IMG/VR virus record: IMGVR_UViG_3300046474_000239
Span: 32,001-96,000 of that record
DNA length: 64,000 bases
DNA from: a virus
Strand: one strand, 5' to 3'
Below, in pieces: positions 1-9,233 of the stretch (the stretch's first letter is position 1; the number at the start of each line of letters is the position of its first letter). The notes under the pieces are model-generated. The model was not told where the DNA came from. It saw only the letters and a list, made by a program, of their open reading frames with translations, and searched no databases. The translations under genes were made by a program, and so were the position numbers.

Positions 1-291
1 TACGACTACCTCACCCGTGGCTTCAGCGCTCCGCGCTTCACATTCGAGGAGTACCAGGCGAGGCGCTTGCCCTACGTCGGTGCCACTATCATCGCCCTGA
101 ACTTCGACGACCTGTCTTGTGCATTCCACATGTACACCCGTGATGCCTCTGTTATCGAGGCGTTCCACCAAGCATTCGCCGACAACCCTGGCGCCGACGC
201 AATCGCCGGTTACCGGGCAAACCTCAGTGCAGAGTTCGACCGTGACCGCAAACGCTTCGAGAAGCGCAAGGAGACCTCCAGTGGCTATTAA
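1..291 (+). CDS. hypothetical protein, 5'-truncated by the window edge
   Basis: Frame 1 is open from base 1 to TAA at 291, with phage-like codon use. Confidence 0.7.
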   Translation, partial: YDYLTRGFSAPRFTFEEYQARRLPYVGATIIALNFDDLSCAFHMYTRDASVIEAFHQAFADNPGADAIAGYRANLSAEFDRDRKRFEKRKETSSGY

Positions 292-643
292 CCCACAACC
301 TGTGCGTGTGTTCACCCGCGAGGATCCGTGTACGAAGGTGCACCTGTTTAATTGCTTTACAGCACCGTCAGGCTTTCGCCCCCGCGCAGTCGTCGAGGCC
401 CGTGGCGAGATCGGTATCAACGCGATCAAGTACCTGCTCCGTGAAGGGTACGCCGAGGCCTTCGAAGGTGCCGGGGCGGATTGGTGGAAGCTGACCGAGG
501 AGGGCGAGCAATGGCTCCTTGTGGGACTACAGCGGCACCTCGAATTACACCCCGAGGAGCGCTCTCTGGTAGCGGGCAACGCCCCGGCTAAGCGCAAGTC
601 AGGACACCAGGGCGACAGGGTTATACGGCGCACACGTCGGTGA
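281..643 (+). CDS. small putative winged-helix protein with Arg-rich C-terminal tail
   Basis: GTG at 281 after AAGGAG; IKYLLREGYAE...WWKLTEEGEQWL resembles a wHTH wing; ends RVIRRTRR. Confidence 0.6.
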   Translation: MAINPQPVRVFTREDPCTKVHLFNCFTAPSGFRPRAVVEARGEIGINAIKYLLREGYAEAFEGAGADWWKLTEEGEQWLLVGLQRHLELHPEERSLVAGNAPAKRKSGHQGDRVIRRTRR

Positions 644-744
644 TTGTCGTCATTATGGTATGAAAGCCCCCATAATCTGCGAAAGCTTGCAAGAAATCGG
701 CTTTTGCACAGCGCGTGCAATCAATTGCACCAGGAGTCAGTGAG

Positions 745-1059
745 ATGAAACGTAAAGAAAACGGCGTCACCACTTTACAGGCCCGTAACGGTCAAAACGT
801 CGTCGCTTTCGACGCCATCGCCAAGCTCTCTGGAGTATCGGGCGGGGGCGTTGTCAAGGTCCTGGCAGCAATGCGCGCCATTGCAGATTATGAGGGCGAC
901 CAGGCACTAGCGAGCGGCCTGGGGGCGTTCGAGAATGTTCCGACAGGGTTAGCGGATGAATACCGCGCACGCGCTACAGCGGCCTACGCGCATGACCTGG
1001 CCGAAGCATTGGAAGGCCACGAGCTGGCGCCGATCTTGCGCCTGGACCGATTGGTGTAG
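745..1059 (+). CDS. hypothetical protein
   Basis: ATG at 745 after CAGGAG; the ORF-track start at 715 lies inside the palindrome. Confidence 0.65.
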   Translation: MKRKENGVTTLQARNGQNVVAFDAIAKLSGVSGGGVVKVLAAMRAIADYEGDQALASGLGAFENVPTGLADEYRARATAAYAHDLAEALEGHELAPILRLDRLV

Positions 1060-1060
1060 C

Positions 1061-1088
1061 TTGCGGGCGGTCGTAGGCCTGCTATTCT
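1061..1088 (+). promoter_or_regulatory. putative sigma70-like early promoter
   Basis: TTGCGG-N16-TATTCT followed by AATAC, the same pattern as at 6188 and 7605. Confidence 0.5.
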
Positions 1089-1127
1089 CTTAATACACAC
1101 CAAACGTCACCCATAAGGGGATGCACC

Positions 1128-1781
1128 ATGGTCACCAAAAAGTTTACCTGCAAGGTCAGTGAGGAGCACGGCTTCCTCGGTTGGGTCATGAATACCATGC
1201 CCCACTTCGACCCGGCCACCGGCATGGGTGTAGCCCATGATTGCCTGGAACACTTGACCCGTCGCGTAGGCTTTGAAGGCGAAATGGAGGCCTTCGGTGT
1301 CGCGCTGTTCATCCGCTACGGCGGCGGGTACTGGACAGAACGTGGCGCCTACGACTCCTCGTGGAGCGGCAACACTTGCACCGAAGTCGCGGAGTTCCTG
1401 GCCCGTGATACAGACATGACCGTGGCTAAGGCCCCGCGCACCCCTTTGCTGGAGGACGGTGAAGAGGAAGAGATCGCCAAGATGCAGACCAGGGCACTGG
1501 AGGACTTCTATTCTGAGTGGGCGGATAGCTACGGCCTAGAGGACACGCCCCGTGAAGTCGTAAGCCTGGCGCTCGAACGGGCGGCTGTCTGGATCCGTCG
1601 CGGATTCCGTAACGCAGAACGCAAGTACACCGCACCCGTGTACGACCTGGCGTACATGTTTGCGCAGATAGAGAAAGAAGTAGACGCGCTAAACCCGGAA
1701 GAGGGCGACACCCTCACTGTCAAATTCAGTCGCGATGAATGCGACTATTCTGTAACACACAAACGTCAATACGACTGGTAA
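1128..1781 (+). CDS. hypothetical early protein
   Basis: 217-aa ORF, TAAGGGGA RBS. Confidence 0.8.
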   Translation: MVTKKFTCKVSEEHGFLGWVMNTMPHFDPATGMGVAHDCLEHLTRRVGFEGEMEAFGVALFIRYGGGYWTERGAYDSSWSGNTCTEVAEFLARDTDMTVAKAPRTPLLEDGEEEEIAKMQTRALEDFYSEWADSYGLEDTPREVVSLALERAAVWIRRGFRNAERKYTAPVYDLAYMFAQIEKEVDALNPEEGDTLTVKFSRDECDYSVTHKRQYDW

Positions 1782-1793
1782 AGGAGTAACACC

Positions 1794-2132
1794 ATGCAAA
1801 AAGTTGGAATCTTGAGCCGTATGGGTCTCGGTGCTCTCTTGGGCTCCGCCCTGGCGCACAGCCTGATGCAAGGCGTGCAATCAATTGCATCGACAGGCCC
1901 GCGACAGCATCGCGTAGCACCTAACATCACCCGCCAGCGTTGGTACAGTGGTCGACATGACCATAAGTCAGGCAAGAAACCTGGCCAGACTGATGCACAA
2001 GCGTCACAAGCCCTGGCAACTGCGCAAGCTAAGCGGGCGCGCAAGGCCGCAGCCCTCACCCGTTGGGCGGAGCGTAGCGCCGAAGGTGCGCAAGCCTGGC
2101 GCCAGGCTTTGACGGGCGGAGCCACCTACTAA
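1794..2132 (+). CDS. hypothetical basic protein
   Basis: AAGGAG RBS; contains the palindrome in frame (VQSIA). Confidence 0.7.
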   Translation: MQKVGILSRMGLGALLGSALAHSLMQGVQSIASTGPRQHRVAPNITRQRWYSGRHDHKSGKKPGQTDAQASQALATAQAKRARKAAALTRWAERSAEGAQAWRQALTGGATY

Positions 2133-2149
2133 CCCCAAACCACCTACAG

Positions 2150-2167
2150 AGGCCCGAAAGGGCCTTT
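2150..2167 (+). terminator. intrinsic terminator-like hairpin
   Basis: AGGCCC-GAAA-GGGCCT-TT. Confidence 0.6.
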
Positions 2168-2250
2168 GTCAGTGTAACTAGCGCCGTTTAATGGGCGTGC
2201 TAATATTCAATTGTACCCCGGCAAACGTCATCCCCAAGGAGACAAGCACC

Positions 2251-2646
2251 ATGCGCGCTACCTGTGCAACCATCGCATCGCTGATGCAGATCAAAGACGT
2301 GACTGAAGACGACGCCCGTCTGATCCGCAAAATCTGGCCTATGTCTATTTCCCAAATGCGCACCTACCTGGCACGCCCGGCTGTGAACCTCGAAGGCCGC
2401 TTCGATTACGTCCTGGAAACCTGCAAAGGATCCACCAACCTGGTGGAAGGGGCGGTCGACCGCATCATTGGCACCCATGGCGTGGAATACCTGGGCCAGC
2501 GCAAGCGCAACCGGAACCACGTCTACTACTGCAATGCCGGTGACACCTACAGCACCACTATCATTTTCGACGGCGACCGCCTCACCGTGGGCTGTATCGG
2601 TGACCTGGTTGAAAAGAACCTCATCTCTGAACGCGGGAGCTTCTAA
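2251..2646 (+). CDS. hypothetical protein (HGVEY...YCNAGDTY motif)
   Basis: AAGGAG RBS, ATG at 2251. Confidence 0.75.
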   Translation: MRATCATIASLMQIKDVTEDDARLIRKIWPMSISQMRTYLARPAVNLEGRFDYVLETCKGSTNLVEGAVDRIIGTHGVEYLGQRKRNRNHVYYCNAGDTYSTTIIFDGDRLTVGCIGDLVEKNLISERGSF

Positions 2647-2647
2647 C

Positions 2648-3391
2648 ATGGCAAAGTCAAAAGCGGATTACATTGAGCAAGGCCGGGCGGATGCAGCAGC
2701 CGGTGGCGCACGCAAGATTGGCTTTACCCGTAACTCGTGGCAGGAAAACGCCTATGACCTGGGCTTTAACGCGGAGTACAAACGTCAGGTATCTTGCCCA
2801 GCCTGTGCGGCCGGTGTGCCTCTCGCTGCTCCGGTGCTCGCCAAGGTTGTCGGTGGCCCGGACGACGGGAAGGTCGTACAGCTCACTGCAAAGGCTGTGC
2901 AAGCGATTACACGCACGGCGGGCGAAACGCTGGACGCTGGACGCCAGGCACACGCCGCACAGGTCACACGCATGGCGACGGAACATCGCCGGGCGGATCG
3001 TATCGACAGAATGACCCGTGGCTACATCGCAGCAGCACTGGGGAGCAGTGGCGGGACCACACCAGAAGGCGAGGAGCTGGAAAGTCTGGAGGGCTACGAG
3101 TTCAGTGATGAGTCGAAGTCGAAAGCCTGGGGCATTTGCGCGGCCTTCTATGACCGCTACACGACAGACGTTAATGCCTACGCTGGCACGTACAAGCCTG
3201 GCAATGGTGCGGATCCTTACGAGCACGCCGGTCACGACCTGTGGCTCACCTCCGGCGGTCACGGTGTAGGCTTCTGGGATCGCGGCCTGGGCAACCTCGG
3301 TGATCGACTGAGCAAGGCGTGCGGCTTCCGCACAGACTTCCCGGAGAAGTGGGTAGACATTGGTGATGATCACTACGTCCACCTGGACTGA
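2648..3391 (+). CDS. hypothetical protein (C-terminal GHDLWLT..GHG.GFWDR motif)
   Basis: ATG at 2648 directly after the upstream stop; motif recalled from uncharacterised phage proteins. Confidence 0.75.
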   Translation: MAKSKADYIEQGRADAAAGGARKIGFTRNSWQENAYDLGFNAEYKRQVSCPACAAGVPLAAPVLAKVVGGPDDGKVVQLTAKAVQAITRTAGETLDAGRQAHAAQVTRMATEHRRADRIDRMTRGYIAAALGSSGGTTPEGEELESLEGYEFSDESKSKAWGICAAFYDRYTTDVNAYAGTYKPGNGADPYEHAGHDLWLTSGGHGVGFWDRGLGNLGDRLSKACGFRTDFPEKWVDIGDDHYVHLD

Positions 3392-3443
3392 TGCAATCAA
3401 TTGCACGGCGCTCGAAACCGGGCGCCTTTGAGGAGTTAACGCC

Positions 3444-3761
3444 ATGTCTAACGACAGCACACAAAAAGCCATTGTAAACGCCCGCCAGGCCCTGGCAGAC
3501 CTTTACGCAGATGCCTGCATAGCCCTGGAAGCTACGGTATCAAAGGAGCGGGTACAGGCTGTTATAGAGAAGCGCACAGACCAGGCTGGCGCGGCTGAAG
3601 CCGGGGCGGAGCTGGCCTTTGCTTGCCTCATTGCAGCGCAGAAGCGTAGCAAGCCTTCGGGGGTTGAACTCACAACCGAAACCGAAAGCAACGCGGGCGG
3701 GTACTACAGTCGAAAGGCAGTAGGGCAAATGATTCGCCGGATCCGCGACAATATGCCCTAG
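3444..3761 (+). CDS. hypothetical protein
   Basis: GAGGAG RBS. Confidence 0.7.
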   Translation: MSNDSTQKAIVNARQALADLYADACIALEATVSKERVQAVIEKRTDQAGAAEAGAELAFACLIAAQKRSKPSGVELTTETESNAGGYYSRKAVGQMIRRIRDNMP

Positions 3762-3841
3762 CCTGGGTCGGTGTACATGGCGCTCCTTAGATGGGGCGTC
3801 TATGCTTCCAATACACCCAAATCACCCACAAGGGGATAGAC

Positions 3842-4687
3842 ATGCAAACCATTCTTTCAACGTCGCAAATTGAGACACGCCTCGGTGACATTTACAGCAC
3901 CGCGTACATCACCAAGCCCACCAGTGCCGAGTTGCACGAGCGCCTGAATAACTTCCTGGCGGAGTTGTGCGAACGCACGCCGGGCGGTCGTCGTCGTTAC
4001 AGCGTGGAAACAATCGGATACGCCCGTGGTTATGCCCGTGCCCTGGACAACCAAATCATGCGCGAGCAAGTGGAGTTTGTTTACCGCTCTTTGCACAGCG
4101 GGTATATCTATTCGACTCACAAGCAAAGCACCCACAAGTCCACTGAAGAGTTCTACGAGAAGGGCGAGGGTGCATTGTTGGGCGAGATGGAAGCCGCGCA
4201 CGTATGGAAAGGCACCGACAAACCGTTTACCCCGTGGAGCGTACCAAACCAGGACATGCGCGACCGCCAGGCTGTGGCATTGGCTAAGTCGGATTCCCGT
4301 TATAGCGTCCAGAGTTACGGCCTGGCGTTTAATGGCAAGGGCTGGGCCTTCCTGTGGCTCGATAAGGTTATGGGAAGCGCGGACACCGAAGCGGCGGCCT
4401 GGCTTCTGGCGGCAAAGCATAAGGCAGAACGTGACGCCAGTTTGAGCGACCCGGTAGCGCAAGGCTGGAAACCCACCAACGCCGAAACCCTGGCGGAGGT
4501 TCAACGTGTCGTCGCTGCTATCGGGCGGGACACCCTGGTCGCTGATGTTTATGATGAGCGCTCACAGGTATCAGATGCCCTGGCCCGTGTACCAGGCTTT
4601 GAATACCCGGACTGGTCACACCTGACAATGGGCGAGGCGGAGACCCGTGCTCGCAAGATCCTGGGGGGCGATAATGGCAAAGGCTAA
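3842..4687 (+). CDS. hypothetical protein
   Basis: AAGGGGA RBS, ATG at 3842. Confidence 0.75.
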   Translation: MQTILSTSQIETRLGDIYSTAYITKPTSAELHERLNNFLAELCERTPGGRRRYSVETIGYARGYARALDNQIMREQVEFVYRSLHSGYIYSTHKQSTHKSTEEFYEKGEGALLGEMEAAHVWKGTDKPFTPWSVPNQDMRDRQAVALAKSDSRYSVQSYGLAFNGKGWAFLWLDKVMGSADTEAAAWLLAAKHKAERDASLSDPVAQGWKPTNAETLAEVQRVVAAIGRDTLVADVYDERSQVSDALARVPGFEYPDWSHLTMGEAETRARKILGGDNGKG

Positions 4688-4838
4688 GAAGCGGGTAAAC
4701 ATTGATCGTGTGGAGCCGGGCGGTAATGTCGTCCGGTACATGACTGGAGTAGAAGAGGAGAACGCACACCGAATCATCCGTGACGTGAATCAAAGGGAAG
4801 GGGAGTTGGTCATATCCTCTGTACCGTACAAGCGCTAG
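4674..4838 (+). CDS. small hypothetical protein
   Basis: Overlaps the upstream stop; MAKAKKRVN... Confidence 0.55.
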   Translation: MAKAKKRVNIDRVEPGGNVVRYMTGVEEENAHRIIRDVNQREGELVISSVPYKR

Positions 4839-4875
4839 ACTAGGATCCACACAAACCAGCAAAGGAGTTACCAGG

Positions 4876-5001
4876 ATGAAAGCGATAACACTCGTGGCAC
4901 GTAAACTGATGCTAGCCATTTACGGGCGGCCAGTTGAACCAACGGCAGAAGAGAAGGAGAAGGAGCAGAAGGAATACGAGCGAGTGTTGTCTATCCTCTA
5001 G
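4876..5001 (+). CDS. 41-aa hypothetical protein (not in the ORF track)
   Basis: AAGGAG RBS; MKAITLVARKLMLAIYGRPVEPTAEEKEKEQKEYERVLSIL. Confidence 0.55.
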   Translation: MKAITLVARKLMLAIYGRPVEPTAEEKEKEQKEYERVLSIL

Positions 5002-5071
5002 ACCTCGTGCAATCAATTGCACCGACTCACCCATTAATCGCCCTGGCTTAATCGCCGGGGCTTTCTCGTTT

Positions 5072-6000
5072 CGGGCGGAGCAGATACCAGGATCCTCTAT
5101 AGGGAACAATCCACTATCACCAGGTACACACGCCAGGATAAAACGGGCGGACACTCTACACACACCTATAGACAATCCCACTAGGGAACATAGAACACAC
5201 CAGGACCATAGCAAAGGTTTAGACGGGCGGATCCTGTAGAGTTTCGGGCGGACCAATATGCAATACCCTATAGACAATAACCATAGAGAGAATCATATAG
5301 AGATAAACAGTGTAGAGAACCGATCTAGTGTTTCATTCTCTATCAGTGTTTTCCCAGTGAACTATTTCCCGCAAAAATTCTCTGGTGATTCAAGTTCAAT
5401 TCATCGGTGTCTATCCGTGTCTAGTGCTGCTGGTGCTTGGGTTAGTGTCTACGTCACGCTAACTGGTGCTGCTGTACGCTGCTGTCATGCTAATGCAGGC
5501 CCGTTTGTGTTATCAGCAGTAGTGGTGGAGTTAATGTTCTCTCTATAGGGGATAAATGACATCGACCGCCCGTAAACCCTGGGTACATGTTTATTCTCTC
5601 TATAGGGAGCAAGTGACATCCCGCCCGTGTTTATTGGTTCTGTGTGGGCATGCCGCATTCATAACTGGTCACTGCTGGTGTTTCCTCTCTATAGGGCGTA
5701 ACTGGTATCCGCCCGTGCAATTGATTGCACTGGTGTGGGCATGTGACGCTTACTACTGTCGTCACTGCTGGTGTGGGCACCTGGTTTATACAACTGGTGA
5801 GTGGTGGTGGTCATGCGCGTTTCATGACTGCTGCTGGTGACGCAACTGGTGCTGGTGTCATAACTGGTGCAACTGGTGTCACTGCTGCTGGTGTCATGAG
5901 TGGTGGTGGAATTCTCTCTATAGGGCTGTGGTGGTATTCCGCCTGTGAAACCTGTGCCTGTGTGGGCATGTGCTATTTACTACTGAAGTCACTGCTGCTG
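5072..6000. repeat. non-coding locus with head-to-head arrays of a bipartite unit CGGGCGG-N13/16-CCTATAGA (candidate genome end/pac or origin)
   Basis: Left units start at 5072, 5144 and 5245. Reverse-complement units TCTCTATAGGG...CCGCC(C/T)GT at about 5540, 5597, 5686 and 5915. Imperfect dyad centred near 5320. Many ACTGGTG/CTGCTGGTG repeats. Confidence 0.8.
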
Positions 6001-6187
6001 TAGTTGTCCTGGCGCCGTGCAATTGATTGCACCGACCTGGATCCGTGTTACACCGCTCCGAAGCACGTCAAATGCGTGCCAGAATCGAGCTGAAGCACGG
6101 CAAATACGTGCCAGATACACCCCGGATCCGCGCCTATATAGAAGGGCTTCGAAACCGCACCGTTTGTCGGCTCCGACCAAATCAGGT

Positions 6188-6215
6188 TTGCAGGTTCGCC
6201 AGCACCGTCTAAAGT
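6188..6215 (+). promoter_or_regulatory. putative sigma70-like early promoter
   Basis: TTGCAG-N16-TAAAGT; the upstream block CCGTTTGTCGGCTCCGA is shared with the 7605 promoter. Confidence 0.6.
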
Positions 6216-6256
6216 TACCAATACCGAAACACAAACCACACACAAGGAATACCGAC

Positions 6257-6340
6257 ATGACCACCATTCAGATGTTCACCGGCATTGCAGTAATGGCTAT
6301 GATCGTTTTCGCAATGGCCTACGCAGCTTGGAACAACTAA
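6257..6340 (+). CDS. 27-aa single-TM peptide
   Basis: AAGGA RBS; MTTIQMFTGIAVMAMIVFAMAYAAWNN. Confidence 0.55.
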   Translation: MTTIQMFTGIAVMAMIVFAMAYAAWNN

Positions 6341-6381
6341 CAGTTAACCGCAGCCCACGTCACCCATAAGGGGATCGAATC

Positions 6382-6540
6382 ATGAACGCAGTAGCTCACT
6401 ACCTCGTATACTCGAAAAACACCGGCTTCATTGTTGCGAAGTTCACAACCGAGGCGGGAGCTATAGAGTACTGCGCAAACAACGCCGGAACCCGTTGGAC
6501 CTATCACCGCACCGATAAAGCCGTGCCATACGGCTGCTAA
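6382..6540 (+). CDS. 52-aa hypothetical protein (not in the ORF track)
   Basis: Leader motif plus ATG at 6382; open to TAA at 6540. Confidence 0.65.
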   Translation: MNAVAHYLVYSKNTGFIVAKFTTEAGAIEYCANNAGTRWTYHRTDKAVPYGC

Positions 6541-6580
6541 TCCAATCAATCGCCACACGTTACCCATAAGGGGACAGATC

Positions 6581-6799
6581 ATGACCACAGTAAACACTCC
6601 CGAAGGCATATCGTATTTTCGTTTCGCCTCACTCAAAGGCCAACTCAAACTTGAGTCGGTAGGCCTGAAAAGTTCTAGCGGCGCACTCCGCCCACAACTT
6701 GCGAAAGAGTTCGGCCTTAAACCCCGCGCACCACACGCCGACTACATCGCCTATTGCATTGCGCGCATGAATGAATTGATCCCGCGCCAAGTTGTATAA
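6581..6799 (+). CDS. hypothetical protein
   Basis: Leader motif and RBS. Confidence 0.75.
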   Translation: MTTVNTPEGISYFRFASLKGQLKLESVGLKSSSGALRPQLAKEFGLKPRAPHADYIAYCIARMNELIPRQVV

Positions 6800-6856
6800 T
6801 GCAATTGATTGCACGGGGCGGAAACGCCCCACACCCAAACTAGTAGAGTGACCATC

Positions 6857-7516
6857 ATGTCTAATGCACCTTATGACAAAGTTGACGCGGCCTATATCTT
6901 TATCGGGTTGCACGCTTCTTATACTAACGCGGCCAATGAGGAGGAGAGCGACAACGGACCTATTGCGCAGTTGATTGAACACCACAGCGGAGAATGCCAT
7001 TTAATGGCTTTCATGTTCGAGACTTCCATTGCCGCAAGTAAGGCGATTAGTTCAATAGTTGACTTTGACCGGGCGGACCTCGGGATGTTCGCCTATGACC
7101 ATCTCGACAACGCAGAGCCGGGAAGCCTGATCTATGCCCTATGGTCGGCGTGCGTACTTGAGCAGAAGGACCCCGCAGGCGTAGTTAAAGCGTGGGTTGA
7201 TGCAATGGGCTGGCCTACGATAGTCAAAGGGCGGGAAGTAGTTCAAGTAGTAGACTCCCCGGTAGTTAGTATTCAGATTCAAACCGTCCAGATTCAACCA
7301 CGCGACCAAACCGGCGACGATGCGCAGGTAGTAGCTAGCACTAGCCCCAATGCAACCCATTGGTCTGTATATACGCGCAGTACCGAAGGGCGGGCGCAAT
7401 GGGTTGCGGATTTTGCCGTATTGCCCGGCGATACCGGACAGGCCCGCACCGCCGCGCAGATGCTTGCGGACAAGCTTGCAGCACAGTACGGGGTATTTAT
7501 CGAAGCCATTAAGTAG
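6857..7516 (+). CDS. hypothetical protein
   Basis: About 220-aa ORF followed by a terminator. Confidence 0.7.
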   Translation: MSNAPYDKVDAAYIFIGLHASYTNAANEEESDNGPIAQLIEHHSGECHLMAFMFETSIAASKAISSIVDFDRADLGMFAYDHLDNAEPGSLIYALWSACVLEQKDPAGVVKAWVDAMGWPTIVKGREVVQVVDSPVVSIQIQTVQIQPRDQTGDDAQVVASTSPNATHWSVYTRSTEGRAQWVADFAVLPGDTGQARTAAQMLADKLAAQYGVFIEAIK

Positions 7517-7536
7517 AACGCCCCGCACGCACGTTT

Positions 7537-7558
7537 AAGGCCCTTCGGGGCCTTTTTC
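7537..7558 (+). terminator. intrinsic terminator
   Basis: AAGGCCC-TTCG-GGGCCTT-TTT. Confidence 0.85.
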
Positions 7559-7604
7559 GTTTATGACCGTTTGTCGGCTCCGATCAAAATAGTTAGATTC
7601 TGGT

Positions 7605-7632
7605 TTGCAGGATTTGTGATAGCAACTATTCT
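7605..7632 (+). promoter_or_regulatory. putative sigma70-like early promoter
   Basis: TTGCAG-N16-TATTCT...AATACCG. Confidence 0.6.
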
Positions 7633-7685
7633 CTAAATACCGGGTAAGGCAACCGCCGCCCACATCACCCATAAGGGGATACATC

Positions 7686-8186
7686 ATGGCTACCACCACC
7701 CACGCACAAGCTACCAAACCAGCTAAAAAAGCAGCCGCCAAGAAAGCAGCCGCGCCTAAAACCGCAGCCGCTAAAACCGCGCCAGCCAAGAAGGCCGCCA
7801 AGAAAGCAGCCGCGCCAAAAGCGATTGTCCGCCCTACCATCGCCTACACGATCACCAATCGCCCGTCGAGCGGGGTTGTATTGTTCGCCTATACAGAGGC
7901 CGCCCTTGAGCTGCTAGGGATGCAGGAAGGCGTTGCAGTACCGGCCAGCACCATTAAAAAAGTAATGGGCGCTACAGCATTGCGCTACCACCTCGACAAA
8001 CAAACCTTTGCCCAAGATGATAGCGGCAAAGTTACTTTGACCAATGCAGGCAAAGCGTTTTTTGCAGAACGCAAAGTCAAAGCGCAAGCGGACCATGTCG
8101 AGCTGTTTAAAAACATGATGATTACCGGGACCATCGCCGGGGACCTGTACAAGAATGACGACCAAGTCGTAGCCATTAAGGCCTAA
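7686..8186 (+). CDS. histone H1/AlgP-like Lys-Ala-Pro repeat protein with a C-terminal globular domain
   Basis: AKKAAAKKAAAPK-type repeats in the N-terminal 50 aa; has its own promoter and leader motif. Confidence 0.75.
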   Translation: MATTTHAQATKPAKKAAAKKAAAPKTAAAKTAPAKKAAKKAAAPKAIVRPTIAYTITNRPSSGVVLFAYTEAALELLGMQEGVAVPASTIKKVMGATALRYHLDKQTFAQDDSGKVTLTNAGKAFFAERKVKAQADHVELFKNMMITGTIAGDLYKNDDQVVAIKA

Positions 8187-8249
8187 CAGTAAGGACCGGG
8201 GCGGGGCGGATAACGCCCCCTCTCACACGCCAGTAAGGAGTTACATCCC

Positions 8250-8525
8250 ATGTCATGCCTACATGTACCCGGCCTGCTCCACACCGCACAAGCGGTCCCA
8301 TTCACCTATAACGAAGCATGCGCGGCAGAGCGTAGCATCATGGGGCGTTACACACGCACCCACCTACGCGCCACCCTGCTAGCACGCAAGGCCATACGTC
8401 GCGCCCTACGCGCTGCTATAGAGGGCGGGCACTACCTGCAAGCTGTAGAGCAGGCGCACCTGCATCACATCCTAGGCGTACAGTCGGTCATGCTGATCCG
8501 TCGCCACGCACGCACAGCCAAGTAA
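8250..8525 (+). CDS. hypothetical basic protein
   Basis: TAAGGAG RBS. Confidence 0.55.
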   Translation: MSCLHVPGLLHTAQAVPFTYNEACAAERSIMGRYTRTHLRATLLARKAIRRALRAAIEGGHYLQAVEQAHLHHILGVQSVMLIRRHARTAK

Positions 8526-8535
8526 GGGGACTGCC

Positions 8536-8751
8536 ATGCAAACCACCACACGCGACACCATAGCGCTAGCCATGGCAGCCTTTGAACAATCGGGCGGCTC
8601 TATTACCCAATGCCCTACAGGGGAACACAGCCCTACCTATGACGCTGCATTCAAGCGCGCACTAGACCGCGCACAGTATGGATGCGCATGCGGTTGTAAG
8701 GGGGATTGGACAGAACACAGCATGCGCCTAGGCGAGCAGGGTATACGCTAA
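8536..8751 (+). CDS. hypothetical protein (CxCxC)
   Basis: TAAGGGGA RBS. Confidence 0.65.
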   Translation: MQTTTRDTIALAMAAFEQSGGSITQCPTGEHSPTYDAAFKRALDRAQYGCACGCKGDWTEHSMRLGEQGIR

Positions 8752-8818
8752 CCGCGTGCAATCAATTGCACCAACTAACGGGCGGGATATGCCGCCCTTC
8801 TTATATAGGGGCTACATC

Positions 8819-9040
8819 ATGACTATTCATATCGTTAAGCGCAGGGCTACATGCGGGAAGAGTACTAAGCGCGTACGGGGTAGAGAGTTCGCTAGCATGC
8901 GCACACACGCAAACACACAAGTAAGGCGAGTACTCATTGCATACTCCCCTTATGACAAGATGCGGGTATGTCGGGGCGGGGACTACCAGACAAGGTACGC
9001 CATATACAGAATGTCGAATAACCAACTAATGCAGTACTAA
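8819..9040 (+). CDS. hypothetical basic protein
   Basis: AGGGG RBS, ATG at 8819. Confidence 0.5.
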   Translation: MTIHIVKRRATCGKSTKRVRGREFASMRTHANTQVRRVLIAYSPYDKMRVCRGGDYQTRYAIYRMSNNQLMQY

Positions 9041-9050
9041 GGGGTAGACC

Positions 9051-9233
9051 ATGACCTATGTATTCAGAAGGCTAGACGGGCGGTTAGATTACATATACCG
9101 CAAAGGCCTACCATTCAGAGAGCGCACAGCACCATCAGTAGTCCGTCGCCTTACACGCATCACCCGCCGTATGCCTATCCACTACAGAAGCATACGCGAA
9201 GCAAAGGCACGCATTGATCAGGCGTGCAATTGA
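9051..9233 (+). CDS. hypothetical basic protein
   Basis: TAAGGGG RBS; the stop codon lies inside the palindrome. Confidence 0.55.
   Translation: MTYVFRRLDGRLDYIYRKGLPFRERTAPSVVRRLTRITRRMPIHYRSIREAKARIDQACN

Larger units (their letters stand above)
1104..7679 (+). repeat. start-associated leader motif ACGTCACCCATAAGGGGA (includes the RBS)
   Basis: Copies at 1104, 6357, 6557 and 7662, with variants at about 2225 and 3821; each lies a few nt before an ATG. Confidence 0.85.

Noticed and set aside
5095-5925. CTATAGGG as T7-like RNAP promoters
   Set aside because: Only the initiation end matches, the units occur in both orientations, and no single-subunit RNAP gene is seen
5258-6003. ORF-track ORFs 5258, 5556 and 5725
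   Set aside because: They are low-complexity translations of repeats, with no convincing RBS and atypical codons
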